From positions 856 to 64,855 of the forward strand of contig DVGQ01000019.1 in assembly GCA_018712655.1 (NCBI GenBank): a stretch of 64,000 bases of DNA, given 5' to 3'. Shown one piece after another: positions 1 through 9,447 of this stretch (its first letter is position 1; each line of letters opens with the position of its first letter). The translations under genes and the position numbers were made by a program. Under the pieces are notes generated by a model. The model did not search any database. It was not told the DNA's origin and saw only the letters and a program-made list of their open reading frames with translations. Source of the stretch: Candidatus Coproplasma stercorigallinarum. GTDB lineage: Bacteria > Bacillota > Clostridia > Christensenellales > Borkfalkiaceae.

Positions 1-660
1 GACAGCCTTATAATCATAGTGCAGAACGCAATTTTGCAGAGCCGCGGCGGCGCGGACGGAGATATGTGGATAACCGTTTCCACCGTGGTGCAGGCATTCT
101 TTTCGCTGATAACTATGCCTATGCTGGGAATAAGCACGGGCTCGCAGCCCGTTTTAAGCTACGCCTACGGCGCGAAAAACGGCTGGCTTATAAAGCGCGC
201 CGAACTGTGGATAACGATATCCTGCCTGGTATTTACAATCACTATGACGGTGGTTTCGCTGTTCTGCGCGGCGCCGTTCGTAAGCCTTTTCACGCAGAAC
301 GAAGAGATTGCGGAAAAATCCGTATGGGGCATACGCGTGTTTATGCTGGGCGTGATACCGCTTTCCTTCCAATACGCCTTTGTAGACAGCTTTACAGCCC
401 TCGGCCAGCCGAAATACGCCATAACTTTTTCGCTGATAAGGAAGGTTGTGTTCTTTCTGGGCGGGATAATAGCCTTCCCGCTCATCTGGGACGTGAGCGC
501 TGCGTTCTATGCCGAGCCGTTTGCAGACATTGCCGCGTCCATACTTTCGAGCATAGCATTCGCCATATTCTTCCCCAGAATAATACGCCGCAGAATAAAC
601 GGCGAAGACAGCCTTAAAGAGCGGAAATTCAGCCACCGCAGGCAGGCCGAAGAGAGCTGA
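1..660 (+). CDS. MATE-family efflux transporter, C-terminal portion (gene starts left of the window)
   Basis: Frame 1 is open from base 1; the listed ORF 19..660 only begins at an internal GTG. The product is a run of hydrophobic helices (WITVSTVVQAFFSLITMPMLGIS, VFMLGVIPLSFQYAFVDSFTALGQP) typical of the second half of MATE/NorM-type exporters, ending in a basic tail. Confidence 0.7.
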   Translation, partial: DSLIIIVQNAILQSRGGADGDMWITVSTVVQAFFSLITMPMLGISTGSQPVLSYAYGAKNGWLIKRAELWITISCLVFTITMTVVSLFCAAPFVSLFTQNEEIAEKSVWGIRVFMLGVIPLSFQYAFVDSFTALGQPKYAITFSLIRKVVFFLGGIIAFPLIWDVSAAFYAEPFADIAASILSSIAFAIFFPRIIRRRINGEDSLKERKFSHRRQAEES

Positions 661-734
661 AATTTTGAAGAACGCCGCGCGCAACAGCGGCGCGGCAAAA
701 GATACGGCAAAAATCTTAACAGAAAAAAAATATG

Positions 735-777
735 GCCGCGGGGCAGACAAAAATTTGTCTGCCCCGCGGCATTTTTT
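735..777. terminator. Bidirectional rho-independent terminator between convergent MATE gene and hydA
   Basis: Perfect 16-bp stem GCCGCGGGGCAGACAA (735-750) / TTGTCTGCCCCGCGGC (755-770) with a 4-nt loop. A T-run (772-777) follows on the plus strand and an A-run (723-730) precedes it, giving a U-tract for the minus strand. Confidence 0.85.
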
Positions 778-833
778 AATAATTTACTTAAAAAACTGTC
801 GTATGCCGCAGATTTACCGCTTTTGCGCGGGCT

Positions 834-2549
834 TTAATACTTGGGCCTGGGCTGGTAGTGCGTATGCAGCAGCTCGTGCGCCTTGTGCCCGTTGGGTTCG
901 CCGAAGAATTCTTCATACAGCGTCTTTATTGCGGGCGGCTCGTCGGAAAGGCGGTATTTGTTGTAGCGGTCGGAATCGTACAGCGCAGTTGCGCGCAGCG
1001 TCTTCAAATCCATATTGTTGCGCACTTCGTCGTGGATGTACGGCTGTCCGCCGCCGTTTATGCACCCGCCGGGGCAGGCCATAATCTCTACGAAGGTATA
1101 CTTCTTTTTGCCGCTCTTTATATCCTCTATCACCTTGCGGGCGTTGCCCAGACCGCTGGCGACGGCTACGTTTACCGTGACTCCGCCCAGCGTGTAGGTG
1201 GCCTCCTTTATGCCCTTGGTGCCGCGCACTTCGTCGAACACGATGGGTTCGTCGGCATCGCCGAGCGTGCGCGCCGCAACGCGCAGGGCAGCCTCCATTA
1301 CGCCGCCCGTGGCGCCGAATATGGCGCCGCCGCCCGAGGCCTCGCCGAACGGGTCGTCGAACTGACTTTCGGGAAGGTTTGCAAAATCTAACCCCGCCTC
1401 CCTTATCATCTTTGCAAGCTCGCGCGTGGTGAGCGCCGCGTCGGTATAGTGCCCGAGTTCGTCGCGGGTTGCTTCAAACTTTTTGGCGGTGCAGGGTATT
1501 ACCGAAACGACGTACAAGTCTTCGGGCTTTATGCCCTCTTTCATACAGTAGTAAGTTTTGAGCACCGCGCTGAACATCTCCTGCGGGGACTTGCAGGTAG
1601 AGAGGTTGGGAATGAGTTCGGGGTAGTAATGTTCGGCAAACTTGACCCAGGCGGGACAGCAGCTTGTGAACATAGGCAGCGCACCGCCGCCCTTTACCCT
1701 GTTTATGAGCTCGGTCGCCTCTTCCATTATAGTGAGGTCGGCGGTTATATCCATATTGAAGCACTTTACGTCGCCGAGCTGTTTTATGGCGGTGACCATC
1801 TTGCCCTCGACGTTTGTGCCCACGGGCAGGCCGAACGCCTCGCCGAGAGTTGCGCGCACCGAGGGAGCGGTGAAGAACACTACCTTTTTGGTGTCGTCGA
1901 CTATCGCGCCCCATACGTCGGCCACGGCGGACTTTTCGTACAGCGCGCCCACGGGGCAGGCTACTATGCACTGGCCGCAGTTTACGCAGGGAGTGAACGC
2001 CAGAGATACATCGTAGGGCGAACCTATCGTCTTGGCGTAGCCCCTGTTCTTGGGGCCGATTGCGCCTATCGTCTGATGCTCGCACGCCGCCACGCAGCGG
2101 GTGCAGAGTATGCACTTTGAATTGTCGCGCACGACCGAGGGCGAGAGGTCGTCTATCGGCTGAACGTCGTGGTCGGTGCCGTACTCGTCCTCTTCGGCGT
2201 TGTATTCCAGCGCCAGCTTCTGCAACTCGCAGTTCATCGAGCGCACGCACGAAAGGCACTTCTTTTTGTGGGTGGAGAGTATGAGCTCCACAGTCATCTT
2301 GCGCGATTTGCGCACTTTGGGGGTGTTTGTGCGCACCTCCATTCCCTCTGATACGGGGTATACGCAGGCGGCAACAAGTCCGCGCGCGCCCGTGGCCTCT
2401 ACAAGGCACATACGGCAGGAGCCCACGCACTGCACGTCTTTAAGATAGCACAGGGTGGGTATTCTTATATTCGCAAGTTTTGCGGCCTGCATTATGGTGG
2501 AGCCTTCGGGTACGGTTACGGGAATGCCGTTGATTTTAAGATTTACCAT
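834..2549 (-). CDS. hydA: [FeFe]-hydrogenase catalytic subunit (HydA of a HydABC-type NADH/ferredoxin-dependent complex)
   Basis: N-terminal 2Fe-2S ferredoxin fold (CYLKDVQCVGSCRMC). 4Fe-4S motifs CILCTRCVAAC and CVNCGQCIVACP. H-cluster signatures TSCCPAW, PCTAKKFE and MACPGGCINGGGQP. Confidence 0.95.
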   Translation of the reverse strand: MVNLKINGIPVTVPEGSTIMQAAKLANIRIPTLCYLKDVQCVGSCRMCLVEATGARGLVAACVYPVSEGMEVRTNTPKVRKSRKMTVELILSTHKKKCLSCVRSMNCELQKLALEYNAEEDEYGTDHDVQPIDDLSPSVVRDNSKCILCTRCVAACEHQTIGAIGPKNRGYAKTIGSPYDVSLAFTPCVNCGQCIVACPVGALYEKSAVADVWGAIVDDTKKVVFFTAPSVRATLGEAFGLPVGTNVEGKMVTAIKQLGDVKCFNMDITADLTIMEEATELINRVKGGGALPMFTSCCPAWVKFAEHYYPELIPNLSTCKSPQEMFSAVLKTYYCMKEGIKPEDLYVVSVIPCTAKKFEATRDELGHYTDAALTTRELAKMIREAGLDFANLPESQFDDPFGEASGGGAIFGATGGVMEAALRVAARTLGDADEPIVFDEVRGTKGIKEATYTLGGVTVNVAVASGLGNARKVIEDIKSGKKKYTFVEIMACPGGCINGGGQPYIHDEVRNNMDLKTLRATALYDSDRYNKYRLSDEPPAIKTLYEEFFGEPNGHKAHELLHTHYQPRPKY

Positions 2550-2566
2550 ATTTTACGCTCCTTTGA

Positions 2567-4459
2567 TTACTTTTTGATTATAGCGCCGAACTTGCAATGC
2601 GCTATGCACTGGCCGCAGCGGATACACTTTGCCGTATCGATGATGTGCGGCGACTTGACCGAGCCGCTGATTGCCTGCACGGGGCAGTTGCGCGCGCACA
2701 GCGTGCAGCCGCGGCACTTATCGGTGAGGATATAGTAGTTGAGGAGCGATTTGCACACGCCCGCAGGGCAGTGCTTTTCGTTTATGTGTGCCTCGTACTC
2801 ATCGAGGAAGTGGTTCATTGTGGAGAGTATGGGGTTTGGAGCCGACTGGCCGAGGGCGCACAGCGAGGAAGCCTGCATATATTCTGCAAGGTCGCGTATG
2901 CGCTGGATATCTTCGGGCCTGCCCTTGCCTTCGGTTATTCTGGTAAGAATTTCCAGAAGGCGCTTGGTGCCTATGCGGCAGGGATTGCACTTGCCGCAGC
3001 TTTCGTCGGCGGTGAATTCCAGATAGAACTTGGCGATATCCACCATACAGGTATCTTCGTCCATTACTATAAGGCCGCCCGAGCCCATCATAGAGCCGAT
3101 TGCTTTCAGGCTGTCGAAGTCCATTCCCGTATCTATGTATTTTGCGGGTATGCAGCCGCCCGAAGGGCCGCCCGTCTGCGCGGCCTTGAAGGCCTTGCCG
3201 CCCGGTATACCCCCGCCTATGTCGTAAATAATGGTGCGGAGCGTGGTTCCCATAGGCACTTCAACAAGCCCCACGTTGTGTATTTTGCCGCCCACGGCGA
3301 ACACCTTGGTGCCCGTGCTGCCCGGCGTGCCTATCGCAGAAAACCACTTTGCGCCGTTTAAAAGTATGGGCGCGATGTTTGCCCACGTTTCAACGTTGTT
3401 CAGAACGGTGGGTTTGCCGAACACGCCGCTCGTTGCAGAGAAAGGCGGGCGCGGACGGGGTTCGCCGCGGAAGCCCTCTATGCTCTTCATCAGCGCAGTC
3501 TCTTCGCCGCAGACGAAGGCGCCCGCGCCGAGACGTATTTCTATGTCGAAGTCGAAGCCGCTTCCAAGTATGTTTTTGCCCAGAAGGCCGTATTCGCGTG
3601 CCTGGCTTATGGCTATGTTCAGCCTTTCAACGGCGATGGGGTATTCTGCGCGCACGTATATGAAGCCCTGGTGCGCACCCACGCAGTAGCCGGCTATGGT
3701 CATCGCCTCCAACACGCAGTGCGGGTCGCCTTCAAGGACCGAACGGTCCATAAACGCGCCGGGGTCGCCTTCGTCGGCGTTGCACACGACGTACTTTTCG
3801 TCGCCGGGCGCCGCCTTCGACGTGGCCCACTTAACGCCCGTGGGGAATCCCGCGCCGCCCCTGCCGCGCAGGCCCGAGGCCTTGATTTCGTCTATCACGT
3901 CGTCGGGCGACATTCCCGAAAGCACCTTTGCAAGCGCCATATAGTCGCCTGCGGAGATGGCTTCGTCTATGCTCTCGGCGGCAATTACGCCGCAGTTTCG
4001 AAGGGCTATTCGCATCTGGTGCTTATAGAAAGGAATTTCTGCAAACGGTATGATTGAGCCGTCCTCGTGCACGGTGCCCTCGTACAGAAGTTCCTTTACG
4101 ATATCGCCGCCCTTTACAAGGTGCTTTTCGGCGACGGTCTTTGCGTGTTCGGGCGTCATATGCGGATAGAAGGCGCCCTCGGGATAAACTATCATTATGG
4201 GGCCGAGCGCGCACAGGCCGAAACAGCCCGTCTTTACGATGAGAACGTCGTTTATTCCCAGCTCTTTAAAGCTGGCTTCGAGCTGTTCGATTACTTTGAG
4301 CGAGTGGCTTGAAGTACAGCCCGTGCCGCCGCAGACGAGCACCTGCTTTCTGTAACCCGTTACGGGGGCGAGCTTTTCTGCCTGCTCGCGGACGAGCCTT
4401 CTTACCCTGATAAGGTCGGCAAGTTTTTCCGACCTGGCTTTCAATTCTTCAACAGTCAT
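2567..4459 (-). CDS. hydB: NuoF-like flavoprotein subunit of bifurcating hydrogenase (HydB)
   Basis: NADH/FMN-binding motifs GLRGRGGAGFPTG and CNADEGDPGAF. SLBB and NuoF 4Fe-4S region (ESCGKCNPCR). C-terminal 2x[4Fe-4S] (CRGCTLCARNCP, CIRCGQCIAHC). Start moved to ATG 4459 (MTVEEL) behind AAGGAG; the listed ORF begins at GTG 4468. Confidence 0.9.
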   Translation of the reverse strand: MTVEELKARSEKLADLIRVRRLVREQAEKLAPVTGYRKQVLVCGGTGCTSSHSLKVIEQLEASFKELGINDVLIVKTGCFGLCALGPIMIVYPEGAFYPHMTPEHAKTVAEKHLVKGGDIVKELLYEGTVHEDGSIIPFAEIPFYKHQMRIALRNCGVIAAESIDEAISAGDYMALAKVLSGMSPDDVIDEIKASGLRGRGGAGFPTGVKWATSKAAPGDEKYVVCNADEGDPGAFMDRSVLEGDPHCVLEAMTIAGYCVGAHQGFIYVRAEYPIAVERLNIAISQAREYGLLGKNILGSGFDFDIEIRLGAGAFVCGEETALMKSIEGFRGEPRPRPPFSATSGVFGKPTVLNNVETWANIAPILLNGAKWFSAIGTPGSTGTKVFAVGGKIHNVGLVEVPMGTTLRTIIYDIGGGIPGGKAFKAAQTGGPSGGCIPAKYIDTGMDFDSLKAIGSMMGSGGLIVMDEDTCMVDIAKFYLEFTADESCGKCNPCRIGTKRLLEILTRITEGKGRPEDIQRIRDLAEYMQASSLCALGQSAPNPILSTMNHFLDEYEAHINEKHCPAGVCKSLLNYYILTDKCRGCTLCARNCPVQAISGSVKSPHIIDTAKCIRCGQCIAHCKFGAIIKK

Positions 4460-4464
4460 ACAGC

Positions 4465-4953
4465 TCACTCCTTCATATATTTATCGAGCACGCTCTTCAC
4501 GTCTTTTGCGGTGAGCCTGCCGTAAACTTCGTCGTCTACTATCATAACGGGCGCAAGGCCGCACGCGCCCACGCAGCGGCAGCTGTCCAAAGAAAACTTT
4601 CTGTCGGGAGTGAGCTCGCCGCAGGAAATGCGCAGCTCCTTTTCCACCGCGTCAAGAATTTTATCTGCCCCCTTTACGTAGCACGCCGTGCCGAGGCATA
4701 TGCTTATGCGGTGTTTGCCCTTGGGCTTCAACGAAAACTGCGAATAGAACGTGGCCACGCCGTAAACTTCGGCGAGCGGTATATCCAGCTCGTCTGCAAT
4801 CATAGTCTGAACCTCTGCGGGCAGGTAGCCGTAAATTTCGTTGGCCTTGTGCATTATGGGCATAAGGCAGCCCTTTACCCCCTTTTCGGCGGCAATGAAG
4901 GCTTTAAGCTCCTTCTCCTGCTCCTCGGTTCCCTCAAAAGTGAACTGTGCCAT
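4465..4953 (-). CDS. hydC: NuoE-like thioredoxin-fold [2Fe-2S] subunit (HydC)
   Basis: 162 aa with Cys ligand pattern CLGTACYVKG ... CRCVGACGLAP, typical of NuoE/HoxE/HydC. First gene of the hydCBA operon. Confidence 0.9.
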   Translation of the reverse strand: MAQFTFEGTEEQEKELKAFIAAEKGVKGCLMPIMHKANEIYGYLPAEVQTMIADELDIPLAEVYGVATFYSQFSLKPKGKHRISICLGTACYVKGADKILDAVEKELRISCGELTPDRKFSLDSCRCVGACGLAPVMIVDDEVYGRLTAKDVKSVLDKYMKE

Positions 4954-5046
4954 AGATTACTCCTGTTTTTTACTTACGCTTAGCGGCGCCCCTTATCATA
5001 TGCGGCGCACGGTATTTCGATAAAAAAGTAACAAAATACATTCTTT

Positions 5047-5075
5047 ATTATAACATCAAAATGCGATAATTACAA
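5047..5075 (-). promoter_or_regulatory. Predicted sigma-A promoter of the hydCBA operon
   Basis: Minus strand reads TTGTAA (5075-5070), 17 nt, then TGtTATAAT (extended -10, TATAAT at 5052-5047). It lies about 90 nt upstream of the hydC ATG. Confidence 0.5.
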
Positions 5076-5146
5076 ACGATATGACGGCATTGATATGTAA
5101 AATATGCACAAAAAATGTTTGCAGCCATAATTGCGGCAAAAAGAGA

Positions 5147-5179
5147 GCGTGGGCGCGGAAAAATTTTCCGCGCCCACGC
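5147..5179 (-). terminator. Rho-independent terminator after the ABC exporter operon
   Basis: 16-bp stem GCGTGGGCGCGGAAAA / TTTTCCGCGCCCACGC. On the minus-strand transcript it is followed by CTCTCTTTTTGCC. Confidence 0.75.
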
Positions 5180-5188
5180 ACCGCCATT

Positions 5189-6988
5189 TTATTCTGCCGT
5201 TTCAAACTGCGAATAATACAGCTTTGAATAGTACCCGCCCTTTGCCATAAGCTGTTCGTGCGTGCCCTGTTCCACCACGTCGCCGTGGTCCATCACTATT
5301 ATCGTGCGCGCGTGCTTTATGGTTGAAAGCCTGTGCGCTATTACAAAGCACGTTCTGCCCTGCATAAGGTTTTCCATTGCCTGCTGGATATACTGCTCGG
5401 TGCGCGTATCCACGTTGGACGTGGCCTCGTCAAGAATGAGCATAGGCGAGTCGAGCAGCATTGCGCGGGCTATGGTTATAAGCTGTTTCTGCCCCTTGGA
5501 GATATTGACGGCGTTATCGGTGAGCACGGTGTTGTAGCCTTCGGGCAAGCGGGAGATGAAGGAGTGTATTTTGGCCGCTTTGCACACGCGCTCCACATCC
5601 TCAGCCGTCACGTTTTCGCTGCCGTAAGCCACGTTCTCGTATATGGTGCCCGAAAACAGCCAGGTATCCTGCAAAACCATAGTGAATGCCCTGCGCAGAG
5701 ATGCGCGCGTGACCTTGGTTATGTCCTTTCCGTCTATCTTAATCGTGCCCGAATCGGCATCGTAAAAGCGCATTAAAAGGTTGATTACCGTGGTCTTTCC
5801 CGCGCCCGTGTGGCCTACTATCGCCACCACGTCGCCGCTTTCGGCGTGCAGGCAGAAGTCGTGAATTACGGGCTTGCCGGGGACGTAGGCAAAGCGAAGA
5901 TGCTCGATATCCACGTTGCCCTTTACGTCGGTGAGCTCTTCGGCGCCCTCGGCGTCGGCGGGCTCGGGCTGTTCTTCGAGCACCCTGAACGCGCGCTCCG
6001 CCGCAGCGAGAGCAGACTGGAATTCGCTTAAAACGTTGGCAATTTCGTTTATCGGGCCGGAGAATTTGCGCGAATAGAGCACGAACGAAGCTATTGCGCC
6101 CACGCTGGGTATGGCGCCGTTCATATACATTATCGCGCCGAACACGCTGATGAGCGCGAGCGAGAGGTTGTTCATAAAATTGACCGAAGGGCCGGAGATG
6201 GTGCCGTAGTTTTCGGCCACGGTGTATGCCTCCACCGCCTCTTTGTTCTTCTGTTCGAAGCGGGATATTACCGCCTCTTCGCAGCCGTATGCCTTGGTCG
6301 TCTTTTGCCCCGTTATAATCTCTTCGATAAACCCGTTGAGCTCGCCGAGCTTTGAAGAGCGCCTGCGGAAGAGCGGCTGGACCTTGTGCGTGAGCCACCA
6401 CGTGAACAGCGAGGTGAGCGGAATTGTTACCACGAACACCACCACGAGTATGGGCGCGCTTATCAGCATCATAACGAGCGAGCCGACGATTGTGACCACG
6501 CTTGTCAGCACCATCATAGTGTCGTTGGCGAGCGATTCGCCCAGCGTATCCAAATCGTACGAAAGCACGGATATTATGTCGCCCGCCTGGCGGGTATCGA
6601 AGTAGGATACGGGCAGGGACGTCAGCCGCGCGAATATATCGGTGCGGATGCGCTTTACCACGCAGCGCGAAAGGTAGCTCATTCCAATCGAAGAAAGGTA
6701 GGTGAGCAGTCCCGACGCGATATATACCGCGACGAGCACGGAGGCATAAGTCCATATCTTTGCAAAGTCGGTGGTGCCGTCCAATTTAATCTCGTCTATC
6801 GCCATTCCGCACACCTGCGGCCCGAGAAGCGAGCACGCCGTGCCCGCAAGCGAGGCGAAAAAGATGAGCACGAACAAAAGAGCATACGGCCTTATATATC
6901 TGCCCAGGTTTTTGAGTATGTAGCGCACGTTTACCCTGCGCCTTTGCAGGCGGCGGGTGTCGCTTACGTGAATTATGTCGCCCCTCAT
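5189..6988 (-). CDS. ABC transporter permease/ATP-binding protein (type I exporter half-transporter)
   Basis: N-terminal 6-TM domain, Walker A GHTGAGKTT, signature ISKGQKQL, Walker B MLILDEATS. The ATG overlaps the upstream gene's TGA by 4 nt (ATGA), consistent with a heterodimeric pair. Confidence 0.9.
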   Translation of the reverse strand: MRGDIIHVSDTRRLQRRRVNVRYILKNLGRYIRPYALLFVLIFFASLAGTACSLLGPQVCGMAIDEIKLDGTTDFAKIWTYASVLVAVYIASGLLTYLSSIGMSYLSRCVVKRIRTDIFARLTSLPVSYFDTRQAGDIISVLSYDLDTLGESLANDTMMVLTSVVTIVGSLVMMLISAPILVVVFVVTIPLTSLFTWWLTHKVQPLFRRRSSKLGELNGFIEEIITGQKTTKAYGCEEAVISRFEQKNKEAVEAYTVAENYGTISGPSVNFMNNLSLALISVFGAIMYMNGAIPSVGAIASFVLYSRKFSGPINEIANVLSEFQSALAAAERAFRVLEEQPEPADAEGAEELTDVKGNVDIEHLRFAYVPGKPVIHDFCLHAESGDVVAIVGHTGAGKTTVINLLMRFYDADSGTIKIDGKDITKVTRASLRRAFTMVLQDTWLFSGTIYENVAYGSENVTAEDVERVCKAAKIHSFISRLPEGYNTVLTDNAVNISKGQKQLITIARAMLLDSPMLILDEATSNVDTRTEQYIQQAMENLMQGRTCFVIAHRLSTIKHARTIIVMDHGDVVEQGTHEQLMAKGGYYSKLYYSQFETAE

Positions 6989-8682
6989 ACCGCCACCCCC
7001 ATCTGCGTGTTTGCAATGGCACGGTATTCGGCGCAGCTTTGCATAAGCTGTTCGTGCGTGCCCATACCAGATATCCTGCCGTCGTCCATAACTATTATAA
7101 GGTCACAGCTCTTCACCGAGCTCACCCTCTGCGCGACGATTACCTTGGTAGATGAGGCATATTCCCGCACCAATGCCCTTCTCAGCTTGGCGTCGGTGGC
7201 GTAATCGAGCGCGGAGGAACTGTCGTCCAGCACGATGATTTCCGGATTGCCTGCAAGCGCGCGGGCAATTAAAAGGCGCTGTTTCTGCCCGCCCGAAAGG
7301 TTGCCCGCCTTCTGGGCAAGGTCGTAATCCAGCCCGCCTTCCAGCCCGTCGATGAACTCCTTTGCCTGGGCGCACTCCGCCGCGCGCAGTATCTGTTCTT
7401 CGGGCAGGTTTCTGCCGTAGTCTATGTTCTCGCGCACGGACGCCGCCATAAGAAAGTCGTTCTGGAATACCGCGCCGAACTTTGCGCGCAGCTCGTTTGC
7501 GGGCACCGAGCACACGTCGCGCCCGTCTACGTACACGGCGCCGCTTCCCGCGTCGTAAAAGCGCATTAAAAGGTTGATTATGGTAGACTTGCCGCTGCCC
7601 GTCGCGCCTATTATGCCCAGCGACTGCCCGCGGCCGAGAGCGAATGAAATTTCGGAAAGGTTATCCTCCTTTCCGTTATACGAAAAACTTACGTTCCTGA
7701 ACTGCACGGCGTACCTTTCGTCGCCCGCAGGGCGCTCTTCCACGCTCTCCCTCTCGTCGAGGTCGAGTACCTTTTCAATCCTTTCCGAGGAGGCCACCCC
7801 GCGCGAAAGCACTACGAATATTTTGGATATGCCGAGCATTGCGTTGAGCACTATCGTGAAGTAGGTAAGAAAGCCCGTCATATCGCCCGGCCTGCCCGAA
7901 AGGAAGGCGCCCGCCACTATTACGCACACGAGGCCGATGTTTAAAATTAAGGTTGTGAGCGGATTGGTGAGCGACATCGTGCGCTGGGCGCCGAATTCTG
8001 CCGAGGCAAGCTCGCCCGCAACGCCTTCGAACTTTTTGTTTTCGTACTCCGTTTTTGAGAGCGCCTTTATCACCCTTATGCCGCTTATATTTTCCTGCAC
8101 GGAGCGCACCATATTGTCGCCCTTGCGCTGCACGCGCATATACATAGGCACGCTTTTGCGGGTTATAAACCAGATTGCGGCGCCCACGAACGGCACGGTG
8201 GCAAGCAGTACGAACGCCAGCCTTGCATCGAGAAGAAAGCAGAATATAAGCCCGCCCAGAAGGAGTATGGGCGCGCGCACGCCCAGGCGCATTGTGCGCG
8301 CCACCATCTGGTTTACGTAGTACGTATCGGACGTAAGGCGGGATATGAGCGAGGGCACGGTAACGCCGTCGACCTGGCTGCACTTCAAATAGCTGGTCTT
8401 TCTGAACAGGTCGTAGCGGATATCGTGCGTCATTGCGCCCGCAACCTGCGCCGAAAGCCTGTTTGCAAATATGTTGCCGAAGAGCGCGACGAGCGCGAAC
8501 AGCAGCATAAGCCCGCCCATAAGGTAGATTTGCCCCGCGTCTTTGAGCGGAATCAAGTCGTCGATTATGTGCGAGAGAAGAAAGGGCAGAACGAGCTCCG
8601 CCACGCTTCCCGTAAATTTTGTGAAAAGGCCCAGAGCGGTTTTGCCCGCATAGGGCTTCATATATACCATCGTCTTTTTCAT
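6985..8682 (-). CDS. ABC transporter permease/ATP-binding protein (partner half-transporter)
   Basis: Walker A GATGSGKST, signature LSGGQKQRLLIARAL, Walker B IIVLDDSSSALD. Start moved to ATG 8682 (MKKTMVYMKPY); the listed N-terminal 55 aa are Arg-rich and overlap the MarR gene end. Confidence 0.9.
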   Translation of the reverse strand: MKKTMVYMKPYAGKTALGLFTKFTGSVAELVLPFLLSHIIDDLIPLKDAGQIYLMGGLMLLFALVALFGNIFANRLSAQVAGAMTHDIRYDLFRKTSYLKCSQVDGVTVPSLISRLTSDTYYVNQMVARTMRLGVRAPILLLGGLIFCFLLDARLAFVLLATVPFVGAAIWFITRKSVPMYMRVQRKGDNMVRSVQENISGIRVIKALSKTEYENKKFEGVAGELASAEFGAQRTMSLTNPLTTLILNIGLVCVIVAGAFLSGRPGDMTGFLTYFTIVLNAMLGISKIFVVLSRGVASSERIEKVLDLDERESVEERPAGDERYAVQFRNVSFSYNGKEDNLSEISFALGRGQSLGIIGATGSGKSTIINLLMRFYDAGSGAVYVDGRDVCSVPANELRAKFGAVFQNDFLMAASVRENIDYGRNLPEEQILRAAECAQAKEFIDGLEGGLDYDLAQKAGNLSGGQKQRLLIARALAGNPEIIVLDDSSSALDYATDAKLRRALVREYASSTKVIVAQRVSSVKSCDLIIVMDDGRISGMGTHEQLMQSCAEYRAIANTQMGVAV

Positions 8683-8726
8683 ATCCGTTCCCCGCTGCCG
8701 CCTCAGCGGCAGAATGAAAGCCGCCT

Positions 8727-9167
8727 TTATCCGCGGGTTTCCCCGCGCCCGATATATGCACGAGCGTTTGCCACCATCTTTTCGCTCAGACGCTGCAATT
8801 CGGCCTTCTCTTCTTCGGTAAACCCCTCGGTCACCAGCGCGCGCCATTCAGCCAGCACCATACGGACCCGGGGCATTACGTCAAGCAGTTTATCCGTGGG
8901 GTAAAGAAGCACGGCGCGGCGGTCTTTGTCGTTGTCTTCCCTGCGCACAAATCCCCCTTCCTCCAACAGGCTTATCTGGCGGGCGACGTTGCTCTTGTTC
9001 ACAAACAGCCTGCGCGCCAGCTCTTCCTGCGAAATTCCGGGGGAACCGGCTATCGCCAGCAGATACTTCGACTGGCACCCGCGTATGCCGTACGGGCCGA
9101 GCTTTTCTTCGCGGAACAGCTCGGCGCTGCGCGATATGAGGTTTATGTTCTTCATAAATTTTGCCAT
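8727..9167 (-). CDS. MarR-family transcriptional regulator
   Basis: Winged-helix segment ISQEELARRLFVNKSNVARQISLLEEGGFVRREDNDKDRRA. Start set to ATG 9167 (MAKFMKN). Lies directly upstream of the ABC exporter pair. Confidence 0.85.
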   Translation of the reverse strand: MAKFMKNINLISRSAELFREEKLGPYGIRGCQSKYLLAIAGSPGISQEELARRLFVNKSNVARQISLLEEGGFVRREDNDKDRRAVLLYPTDKLLDVMPRVRMVLAEWRALVTEGFTEEEKAELQRLSEKMVANARAYIGRGETRG

Positions 9168-9447
9168 ACTCTTTTCCCTTCGGCGCGGCAGTACGCCGCC
9201 CCTGTTTACGGTCTTTCCGCGGGCGGCGCAAAATAGTTGCGCACGCAACTATATTATATGAGTTTTTTCGGCAAATGTCAACGGCAACGGGGCGCATAAC
9301 GCCGTTCAGGGTCAAAAAAGAGCGTAAAACAGATGGATTTACATTTAAAAAGCGTAAAAAAGGAGCGGCGGCGGACAAAACTGTCCGCCGCCGCGAGTAT
9401 CCCGCTCTCACACAGAATACTTAAAGAGTATGGCGCATTGAAGCGCA

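Noticed and set aside
5020-5110. Rex-type operator (TTGTGAA-N4-TTCACAA-like palindrome) in the hydCBA promoter region.
   Set aside because: Only half-site-like fragments (TTGTAA) are present and these coincide with the predicted -35 element. No palindrome was found.
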